A program made the translations under genes and the position numbers. A stretch of DNA of 15,906 nt from Candidatus Krumholzibacteriia bacterium. GTDB lineage: Bacteria > Krumholzibacteriota > Krumholzibacteriia > WVZY01. Location: positions 1-15,906 of the forward strand of contig JAZGDW010000273.1 in the NCBI GenBank assembly GCA_036478295.1. The letters run 5' to 3'. Position 1 is the first letter of the stretch. Each line of letters starts with the position of its first letter. This document shows positions 1-7,065 of the stretch, in pieces. Below the pieces are notes generated by a model, which was not told the origin of the DNA, ran no database searches, and worked only from the letters and a program-made list of their open reading frames with translations.

Positions 1-31
1 CCTGGTGCGGGTGGTCTCGTGGGGCATTCGA

Positions 32-60
32 ATTATACGACCGTGGCTCTCCCAAGGCAA
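32..60 (-). promoter_or_regulatory. Sigma70-type promoter firing leftwards out of the window
   Basis: Minus strand reads TTGCCT (60-55), 17 nt spacer, perfect TATAAT (37-32), in the intergenic DNA after the lipoprotein stop codon. The target gene lies at or beyond the left edge. Confidence 0.7.
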
Positions 61-123
61 GCGCTGCGTCATTCAACTTGTGAAGTTTGCGACTCTCGCA
101 GGCGACGTGCGGTGTCTGTTCCG

Positions 124-543
124 CTAAGGGTTGGCTCCACCGGCGATCCACTGCCGAATGGCGTTGATCTCATCCTGCGCCAGCGGCGCTCGTCCCCGCG
201 GCATTTGCGCGCCCACTATCCCTCCCACGCCTTCGACCTTCAGAACGAGGTAGCTGCTGTCCGGCGCGCCCGGATCCACCCTGAACAGGGCCGGCACCTG
301 CGCGCTTCGAACCTTGACGAGGTTACCGAACGCGCGGCCGTCGCTCAGGTCGAGGCCCAAAGGCGCGCTGGAACCGATATGGCATTGGGTAATCGCACAA
401 CTGCGGCTGAAGATGTTGGCTTGAATACTGGCGAATGTCGCCGTCGTTGGGCCGCCGGCCGCCTCGAACGGCGGGGCGTGCTCGCAGCCCCACGCGAACG
501 CCACTGCCACCAGCAACGGAATACTGACTCGCAAGATCCTCAT
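124..543 (-). CDS. Putative monoheme c-type cytochrome lipoprotein (CX4CH motif), 139 aa
   Basis: N-terminus MRILRVSIPLLVAVAFAWG-C fits a lipoprotein signal (Cys20). CAITQCH at nt 399-379, followed by RVDPGAPDSSYLVLKV, QMP (candidate distal Met ligand) and EINAIRQWI, as in planctomycete-type cytochrome c domains. Starts 19 nt after the upstream gene stop. Confidence 0.8.
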   Translation of the reverse strand: MRILRVSIPLLVAVAFAWGCEHAPPFEAAGGPTTATFASIQANIFSRSCAITQCHIGSSAPLGLDLSDGRAFGNLVKVRSAQVPALFRVDPGAPDSSYLVLKVEGVGGIVGAQMPRGRAPLAQDEINAIRQWIAGGANP

Positions 544-562
544 GGCTGATTACTTGCCTGGG

Positions 563-1786
563 TCAAAAAAAGTTCAGGACCCGGGAGATGTTGAAGCCGA
601 GCCGGACATCCGGCTTCCCGATATCGAGATCTCCCCCACGCAGATACTGGTCGGTCGCGAGGCCGACAGTGTTACTCAGGACGATCTGGAACACGTGACC
701 TCCCGTCGTAATCTCCAGCCCGCCGCCCCAGCTGTCGAAGCGGATATCGTTCCCGAACGTTGTCGTGCGGACGTAACCGCCGACAATCGGCACCCACTCC
801 GCGAGCAGTGAAAGATTCCGCGAAAACCTCCACCGCCCCCCGAGACCGATCGTGACCACGGGATCCTCACCCTCGATTTTCTCGGCGGCGTTAAAGAGGA
901 TGCCGGGAACGACGGCAAGCCCTATGTCGTGCGGCAGCTCGCGCGCCAGCGTCAGCTGGGCAGTGAATTTCACGGCGTCGTCACGAAAACGACCCTTCAC
1001 ACCGGGAGGATCTTCCGAGACCCAATTGAGCGTCGTGTGCAAGGACACGTCGACCGGCCAATTCCCCTCCACTGCCTGGCGCTTGATGAGGTACCGCGCC
1101 TGCAGCTCCACGTTGTCCGACGCATTACTTCGCCCAAGGGTCAACAGCAGCTCGTCACTGACGGCATAACCCAGCTCCAACAGGATGATGCCGCTGCCGT
1201 CGAGACCGAAGAAGGCGTCGTACCCGTCGCGCAGCGTCGGGTTGAACCTGTGAGAGATCAAAAAGAGAAAACTCCGGGCGTCCAAAGTGCGTGTGGTCGG
1301 AAGGTTGACGATCCTCCAGCCATCGAAGGGGTACACCCGGTCGGGTTGCGGATTGGCCTTGCGGCTCTGGTCCACTTCGTCGATGCCCGCGATCCAGTCT
1401 ACGATGAGGCCGATTTCCTCCTCGGTGAGCTTTTCCCCGATCAGCGGCATCTGCGTGCCCACGATGCCGGCGGCCCCCCTGAGTTTCATCACCAGGTAGC
1501 TGATCTCCGGCTGACCGGGGTGCACGCGCTTGAGCTCCGGCCGTTCCTCGCTGGGTTCGTCTACCGTAGACGCGTAGAAGCGCCCTCGGCTAAGGTCCAT
1601 ACCCTGTTGCGCCACGGGACCGGCGTGACAGCCCGCCCGCGCACACCGGTTTTCGAAAAGTTCGCTGACGCGGGCTTCCAGTGGGTCCCGGCGAGCGTCC
1701 TGGCCGATAGACGGCACGGCCGCACCCAGCAGCAACCCGCAGGCGACGATGAAGAAACAAAGGCTTTGCACGACCGATCGAGTCAT
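563..1786 (-). CDS. Signal peptide + CX4CH cytochrome c domain fused to a DUF5777-like outer-membrane beta-barrel, about 407 aa
   Basis: ATG at 1786 (Met36 of the ORF-track ORF) opens a typical Sec signal MTRSVVQSLCFFIVACGLLLGAAVPSIG. CARAGCH at nt 1645-1625, QMP and IVDWI follow. The C-terminal part has motifs I recognise from DUF5777 barrels (RIVNLPT, FLISHRF, FFGLD, GGLEITTGGHVFQIVLSN, LGFNISRVLNFF) with amphipathic strands and a terminal Phe. Confidence 0.8.
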   Translation of the reverse strand: MTRSVVQSLCFFIVACGLLLGAAVPSIGQDARRDPLEARVSELFENRCARAGCHAGPVAQQGMDLSRGRFYASTVDEPSEERPELKRVHPGQPEISYLVMKLRGAAGIVGTQMPLIGEKLTEEEIGLIVDWIAGIDEVDQSRKANPQPDRVYPFDGWRIVNLPTTRTLDARSFLFLISHRFNPTLRDGYDAFFGLDGSGIILLELGYAVSDELLLTLGRSNASDNVELQARYLIKRQAVEGNWPVDVSLHTTLNWVSEDPPGVKGRFRDDAVKFTAQLTLARELPHDIGLAVVPGILFNAAEKIEGEDPVVTIGLGGRWRFSRNLSLLAEWVPIVGGYVRTTTFGNDIRFDSWGGGLEITTGGHVFQIVLSNTVGLATDQYLRGGDLDIGKPDVRLGFNISRVLNFF

Positions 1787-2076
1787 TTCGGTGTCGCTCG
1801 TCTTCCGGTGACTTATGACTGTTGTGTGTGGGCTACTAACCGCAGCGCGGGGAAACCCCGTTCCTGCAAAGGCAGGGGAGGAGGCTAGCACGAAACCGCT
1901 CTCCGGACAAGCCCCGGTTTGGCTCGCCCAACGGCACTCCGGTTCCGCTTCGGGAAGCGGTGATACTTATATCAGTCTAATTTCAGCCGGCCGGCGCCCG
2001 CTTGGGCAAACGGTGCCGACAAGGCTCACCCGGAAAATATCCAGCTCAAACAAACATGTCGGGGCGGACCCGTGGA

Positions 2077-2703
2077 TCAACTCTGGCGACAAACAACCCA
2101 TCCATTGGTCTCGCCAGGCGTTGCTTTGGCATACTCGTGACGCTTGCCGCCAAGATCCCACGAGAGTGGGACCTTGGCACCCGTGTACGCCAGGGTCTTG
2201 CCCTTCTGCAGGCGGGTCACGTGGACGTGGCCGTCCCAGGGATCACACACGGTGGCGTACTTCTTACCGGCCGCTGTCCTGACGGTGTCGACCACGACAA
2301 AGTGGGCGCCCGGACCGTCGGTCCATTCCAGCAGCACGATGATGGGCTTGACGAATATCGTCGGGCCGCGAACGGCCGAAACGGTGCCGACTTTGTCGAG
2401 GACGGTTTGTGCGACGCTGCTCGGGCCGACGTACTTGGCGATCCAGGTGCCTACGGATAACTTGTTGAGCGTCGACGCCAGGTGGTCGGCGTAGCTATAG
2501 CTGCTCCCATCGTAGGTTGAGCCCGACACCTTGCTGTACACTTTGTATACGTCTTTTTCGGCGTGTATCGCGGTCGACAGGGAAAGCTTGTTGATCTTGA
2601 AGACAGTCATCATCGTGCACGCTATGCCACAGGAATTGTCTTTTTCCTGGGCATAGACCAGGTGCACATCGCCGAACCGGGTAAAACGCGTAAACCATGC
2701 CAT
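2077..2703 (-). CDS. Stand-alone papain-fold cysteine peptidase (C39-like), 208 aa
   Basis: Q19-x5-C25 (AQEKDNSCGIAC), H134 (GAHFVVVD) and D154 (VCDPWDG) match the oxyanion Gln plus Cys-His-Asp triad order of C39-like peptidases. GGGGG Shine-Dalgarno upstream of the ATG. No signal peptide and no ABC transporter domain. Confidence 0.75.
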   Translation of the reverse strand: MAWFTRFTRFGDVHLVYAQEKDNSCGIACTMMTVFKINKLSLSTAIHAEKDVYKVYSKVSGSTYDGSSYSYADHLASTLNKLSVGTWIAKYVGPSSVAQTVLDKVGTVSAVRGPTIFVKPIIVLLEWTDGPGAHFVVVDTVRTAAGKKYATVCDPWDGHVHVTRLQKGKTLAYTGAKVPLSWDLGGKRHEYAKATPGETNGWVVCRQS

Positions 2704-2847
2704 GATATTACCCCCTGAACAGTTCCCTTTCGTAGTCGGTGGTCAAGGAGAGGCGGTGCGCATCATCTGCCGCTTCTGCCACACTGCTCATCGCGTCGGG
2801 AAGTGTCGCGCGGCTGTCGTGCGATCCTCAGCTGAGCTGGTACATCG

Positions 2848-2876
2848 ATTTTATCACGAGTCCCGCGTGAGATCAA
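2848..2876 (-). promoter_or_regulatory. Sigma70-type promoter for the peptidase gene, with an inverted repeat in the spacer
   Basis: Minus strand reads TTGATC (2876-2871), 17 nt spacer, TAAAAT (2853-2848), with an extended -10 TG. The spacer itself is TCACG-N7-CGTGA. Confidence 0.65.
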
Positions 2877-3004
2877 GCCTGCCACCCACAGGTCGCGCCA
2901 AAATGGTGAGAGACGATCGACCGCAAGGAAACGCGGCCAACGAACCAGCGATACCGGGGCGTCACCCCGCGTGATCGACCGCCAGGCACCTGACGGCACG
3001 CCGC

Positions 3005-3784
3005 TCAACTTTGGCCGGCGAGCCTGGCGAGGCCCTCGCGGATCTCGGTCGCAACCATGGTCGCCAGTCTGGCCAGCTGCTCGTCGCCGTGGGCGGTCGA
3101 CGCGTCCGCCGGTGAACCTGAGTACGCGCGCGACAGGCCCATTTTCGCGAAGTCGGTCACACCGGACTTCAGCTTATCCGACAGGCTAATCGGGACCTCC
3201 GCCAACTCCTTGCGCACCTCGTCGTTCACCAGCTCCGGAGTCGCGGCCAGTATGATCGAGGTCTCGTATCGCCCGGCGTGGCAGGCGCCACTCTTGAATT
3301 CGCGGGAAAGCGTTCGTGCCCACCTCCTGGCCAGTGGAGACGCGACCGACGCCCGGCCGTCCGTGATTCCGTCGATCGCCGCCCGTACTGCGGCGTCGTG
3401 ATCGGGCTCGAGGTGGTTGTTCACCAGGCACACGTGGGCCACCTCATCGGCGAGAAACGCCTCCACCAGGTCGCGCAAGAAGCCGGTAAGTGCCTGCGGC
3501 GACACCGAAATCGCCCCTCTAAACGCCGCCGCACATTCCGTCACGCCATAGGGGACGACCGGGGCGACCAGCGCAACGAGCCCTCCGTCTTTGAGTATCC
3601 GTGCGGCTCGTAAGGCTGCACTGTGGGAAATCACGGTATCGGTTACGAGCGACAAGTGGGGTCCGTGGGGTTCGACCGATCCCACGGGGATCATTACGAC
3701 GACCGGTCGGGGGCCTCCCAACAGCTTTGCAAACTCATCGGTCGTCAGCTTTGCCAGATCGAATTCGCCGGGCGTTATTTCCAC
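3005..3784 (-). CDS. Creatininase/ArfB/MftE-family metal-dependent amidohydrolase, 259 aa
   Basis: PVGSVEPHGPHLSLVTD (E-x-H...D ligands), YGVT, VNNHLE (H-x-E) and CHAGRYETS (H...E) match the creatininase-family motif set. The GTG start overlaps the last 10 nt of the CoA ligase gene. Confidence 0.9.
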   Translation of the reverse strand: MEITPGEFDLAKLTTDEFAKLLGGPRPVVVMIPVGSVEPHGPHLSLVTDTVISHSAALRAARILKDGGLVALVAPVVPYGVTECAAAFRGAISVSPQALTGFLRDLVEAFLADEVAHVCLVNNHLEPDHDAAVRAAIDGITDGRASVASPLARRWARTLSREFKSGACHAGRYETSIILAATPELVNDEVRKELAEVPISLSDKLKSGVTDFAKMGLSRAYSGSPADASTAHGDEQLARLATMVATEIREGLARLAGQS

Positions 3785-5487
3785 GGGTTCTTTCCCTGCT
3801 TTTCACGTTCTACGAGGACCTTGCGATCCACTTTGCCGCGGTCGTTCCTCGGCAGGTCGTCCGTAAAGACCACCCAGCGGGGATACTTGTGCTTCGAAAG
3901 CCGTTTTTTCACATGCTCCTGCAGGTCTTTCCTCAGTTGAGCCCCGAACCCGGCATCCGTGACTCGTGACTGCTCTCCTTCACGAACCACGACAAATGCC
4001 TTGGGCTTCTCCAGTCCATCTTCTTCGGCGGGTATCACGGCGGCCATGGCAACGGCGGCATGACTCAGCAAGCACTCTTCGATCTCCAGCGGGGCCACAA
4101 ATACGCCGCCGACCTTGAACAGGCTGTCCGCGCGTCCGGAAAACCAAACGTAACCCTCCTCATCCATGCGAAACAGATCGCCGGTCCTGCACCAGTGACC
4201 GTGAAAGGTTTCCCAACTCTTGTCACGATCCTGAAAATAGCCCACCGCCACGCTGTCCCCTTTGACCCACATCACGCCTGTTTCCCCCCGGGGCAATTCC
4301 GCCGACCCGGGGCCTTCCGCATCCGTTTCGAGGATCTTGATCGTGTAACCTTCCACCGCGCGCCCGAGTGATCCCGGCTTGATATCCCCAGGCCGGTTGC
4401 TCGCGTATATGTGGAACATCTCGGCGGACCCGATTCCATCGTATACCTCGTTGCCAAAACGCTCGGTGAATCGCTCGAGAAGCGTGGGGGGCAGCGCCTC
4501 CCCGGCAGACAGATGAAAACGCACGCACGACAGATCCAGTCGTGGTCTTCCTTCACCGGCCAGCGCGTCGTCGTAGTCGAGAAGTTTTGAGAGCATTGTG
4601 GGCACGTTGGTCACGATGGTCGGCCGGTACATGTCGATCGCGCGCGCCAGGCTCTCCGGTGTGCAGCGCTCGGAAAACAGACACGTCGTCGCACCCACGG
4701 CGAAGGGAAACATCAGGTTGGTACCGGTCGCGTATCCAAAAAACAACCGCGGAACGCTTACAGTAATGTCGTCCGCGCGATAACCGACTGTCCGTTTCGC
4801 GTACATCTCCGTATTGAACGCGAAATCCCGATGAGTATGAACGGCCGCCTTCGACCTGCCAGTCGATCCCGACGTAAATAACCACACCGCCATATCATCG
4901 CGCTTTACGGATGGGAGGGAATTGTCCTGCATGCGCCGGCCGATCTCCAGTGCGTCCGTCATCGCCAGGACATCGAAACGGGCCGCTCGGAGCGACCCGG
5001 GCGTGTCAACCGCTCCTTCGCAGTCCTCGCCCGTCCTGACATCGGGAACGAGCAGCACCGCCTTCAAGTGCGGCTTCGTGAGAAGAGCGTCCGCCAGTTC
5101 ATCGGCAACGCGGGGCACCGTTATCAGGACCGCCGCGCGGATGTAGTCCAGGACGTAGGCTAGGTCGCCGGTCGGAGACGAAGGGTTGCCCATCGCGACC
5201 ACGGCGCCATGCGCCAGCGTGGCAAAGAACGACCACGCGAACGGCGGAACATCCGGCAGCACGGTGTAAACCCTCTCCTCGCGCGCGACCCCGATAGAAC
5301 GCAGATAGAGCGCCAGGCTGCGGGTCCGTTCCGCAACGTCGCTGTAGGTAAACGAGCGGTCGCCGTAGCGAACGGCGACTCTTTCACCAACTCCCTCGTT
5401 GATGCGGTCGAACAGATAGTAGTTCGCCAGACCGAACTCATCCGGAAAGTGAACTGCGCCTTGTTTTTTATCCGGGCTTTTTTTCAT
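3775..5487 (-). CDS. Benzoate-CoA-ligase-family aryl-CoA ligase, probably anthranilate (2-aminobenzoate)-CoA ligase, 570 aa
   Basis: ANL adenylation motifs FTSGSTGRSKA, SAGEALP, YDGIGSAEMFHIY, RTGD, GRADSLFKVGG and C-terminal GKVDR. DGIGSxEMxHI is typical of benzoate-CoA ligases. The substrate is inferred from gene context. Confidence 0.88.
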   Translation of the reverse strand: MKKSPDKKQGAVHFPDEFGLANYYLFDRINEGVGERVAVRYGDRSFTYSDVAERTRSLALYLRSIGVAREERVYTVLPDVPPFAWSFFATLAHGAVVAMGNPSSPTGDLAYVLDYIRAAVLITVPRVADELADALLTKPHLKAVLLVPDVRTGEDCEGAVDTPGSLRAARFDVLAMTDALEIGRRMQDNSLPSVKRDDMAVWLFTSGSTGRSKAAVHTHRDFAFNTEMYAKRTVGYRADDITVSVPRLFFGYATGTNLMFPFAVGATTCLFSERCTPESLARAIDMYRPTIVTNVPTMLSKLLDYDDALAGEGRPRLDLSCVRFHLSAGEALPPTLLERFTERFGNEVYDGIGSAEMFHIYASNRPGDIKPGSLGRAVEGYTIKILETDAEGPGSAELPRGETGVMWVKGDSVAVGYFQDRDKSWETFHGHWCRTGDLFRMDEEGYVWFSGRADSLFKVGGVFVAPLEIEECLLSHAAVAMAAVIPAEEDGLEKPKAFVVVREGEQSRVTDAGFGAQLRKDLQEHVKKRLSKHKYPRWVVFTDDLPRNDRGKVDRKVLVEREKQGKNPWK

Positions 5488-5499
5488 TGTGTTCGAAGG

Positions 5500-5898
5500 T
5501 TATTTCGCCCTGGGTATGACGGCCGTCGCCTCGATCTCGACTTTTGCCCCCTCGTCATAAAGACGAGAGACCTCAAAGAGCGTCATCACGGGATAATGGT
5601 CGCCGATGACCTCGCGGTAGATTCTCCCAACTTCCCTTTTCGACGAGCGGTACTCATCCAGGTCGGCGACGTACCACGTCATGCGCACGATATGCTCGCG
5701 CTTCGCGCCGCCCGACCCAAGGACGGCAACAACGTTCGCCAGGGCCTGCCGCACCTGGTCGGTGAAACTGTCGCCCACCAGCTGACAATTCTCATCCCAG
5801 CCTATCTGGCCTGCCACGAAGACCGTTTCCCCTTCGGCCTTGATACCGTTGCTGTACCCGCTCGGTCTCTTCCAGCCCGGGGGCTGTAGAATATCCAT
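5500..5898 (-). CDS. RidA/YjgF/UK114-family protein (non-Arg type), 132 aa
   Basis: GYSNGI, VFVAGQIG, QALANVVAVL and KVEIEATA are family hallmarks. YPVMT stands where canonical RidA has P-A-R-S. This type of gene is typical of aminobenzoyl-CoA clusters. Confidence 0.9.
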   Translation of the reverse strand: MDILQPPGWKRPSGYSNGIKAEGETVFVAGQIGWDENCQLVGDSFTDQVRQALANVVAVLGSGGAKREHIVRMTWYVADLDEYRSSKREVGRIYREVIGDHYPVMTLFEVSRLYDEGAKVEIEATAVIPRAK

Positions 5899-5901
5899 CC
5901 G

Positions 5902-7065
5902 CTACCTCTTTTCTCGCAACGTCTCCCGGGCCACGACGATCTTCTGAATCTCGGTCGTGCCCTCGTAAATCCTGAGTGGCCGGATATCGCGATACAATTG
6001 TTCCACCGGGTTTCCAGACACAACCCCGAGGCCGCCCAAGATCTGAACGGCGTGGTCGACGACCCGCTGCGCCGCCTCGGTGGCGTACATCTTTGCCATG
6101 GCCGCTTCACGCGTTACCCGTTCCGCTCCCTTGTCCTTGGTCCACGCCGCCCGATACACGAGCAGCGCACTCGCGTCCACCTCGACCGCCATGTCCGCGA
6201 TCTTCTGCTGGGTCATCTGAAAATCAGCGAGTGGCCGCCCAAAGACGACCCTCTCCTTCGCCCTGGCCGTGGCCTCGTCCAGCGCCCTCCGGGCAAAACC
6301 CAGGGCCGCGGCGCCGACCGTCGATCGAAAAACGTCGAGCGTTCCCATCGCTATCTTGAACCCCTCACCAGGGCCGCCGATCATCTGTGTCTCGGGCACC
6401 TTGCAGTTGACAAACTTCAACGAACCCAGCGGATGTGGAGAAATGACATCGATTTGTTCGGTGACCTCGCAGCCTTTAGTATCCGCGTCGACCACGAACG
6501 CAGCCAGCCCCTTCGTACCGGGTTCGTCGCCGGTCCGGGCGAAAACGACGTAGAAATCTGCGATTCCCGCGTTGGAGATCCAGGTCTTGTCGCCCTCTAC
6601 GACATAATGAGATCCGTCTTTTCGCGCCGTCGTGGCGGTCGCCGCCACGTCCGAACCGGCGTCTGCTTCCGACATGGCAAACGCGGCAATCGCAGACCCT
6701 GACGCCACCGAGGGCAAATACTTCTTCTGCAGTGCCGGAGTGCCGTACAACGAGATCGGTCCGCTGCCGAGACCCTGCATGCCAAACGCAAAGTCGGCAA
6801 GGCTCGAGTGCCGGGCGAGAGTCTCCCGGATGATGCACAGTGAACGGACGTCCAGAGTGGCGCGGTGGCTGTCCTTCGCCGGGACCGCGAACTTCAACCA
6901 GCCCGCTTTGCCGAGACGCGCGACGAGTTTCTTGCTCGACTCATACACATCGGACGACCGGTCGGCAGGGGAAAGGTGACGCTCGGCCCACTCCCCCACA
7001 TTGGCGGCCAGCTTCCGGTGCGCATCGTCGAAGAACGGCCATGAGAGAAACGTCTTATCAGCCAT
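5902..7065 (-). CDS. Acyl-CoA dehydrogenase (AbmD-like), 387 aa
   Basis: [40 protein letters not shown] and [10 protein letters not shown] (catalytic Glu). The start overlaps the crotonase stop as TGATG at 7067-7063. Confidence 0.93.
   Translation of the reverse strand: MADKTFLSWPFFDDAHRKLAANVGEWAERHLSPADRSSDVYESSKKLVARLGKAGWLKFAVPAKDSHRATLDVRSLCIIRETLARHSSLADFAFGMQGLGSGPISLYGTPALQKKYLPSVASGSAIAAFAMSEADAGSDVAATATTARKDGSHYVVEGDKTWISNAGIADFYVVFARTGDEPGTKGLAAFVVDADTKGCEVTEQIDVISPHPLGSLKFVNCKVPETQMIGGPGEGFKIAMGTLDVFRSTVGAAALGFARRALDEATARAKERVVFGRPLADFQMTQQKIADMAVEVDASALLVYRAAWTKDKGAERVTREAAMAKMYATEAAQRVVDHAVQILGGLGVVSGNPVEQLYRDIRPLRIYEGTTEIQKIVVARETLREKR

Noticed and set aside
929..1888. 319-aa plus-strand ORF
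   Set aside because: Antisense shadow of the cytochrome-barrel gene with no motifs; such ORFs are expected from high-GC codon bias.
1787..1891. 35-aa N-terminal extension of the barrel gene in the ORF track
   Set aside because: It would bury the clear signal peptide that starts at ATG 1786 and runs through hairpin-rich DNA.
1961..1974. FNR or CRP box assignment for TGATA-CTTA-TATCA
   Set aside because: It matches neither TTGAT-N4-ATCAA nor TGTGA-N6-TCACA; kept only as an unassigned palindrome.
2005..2020. Sigma54-like GGCAC...TTGC on the minus strand
   Set aside because: GG-to-GC spacing is 8 nt instead of the required 10.
1885..2035. Possible c-di-GMP-I riboswitch (GGGCAAAC near 2004, GGAC-AAGCC near 1905)
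   Set aside because: The conserved GAAA tetraloop and GACGCAAAG elements are not present in the right order, and the fragments lie on the strand opposite the downstream gene.
2921..2969. Intrinsic terminator after the catabolic cluster
   Set aside because: Only short stems (for example CGGGG-N5-CCCCG at 2955-2969) and no U-tract on the minus strand.
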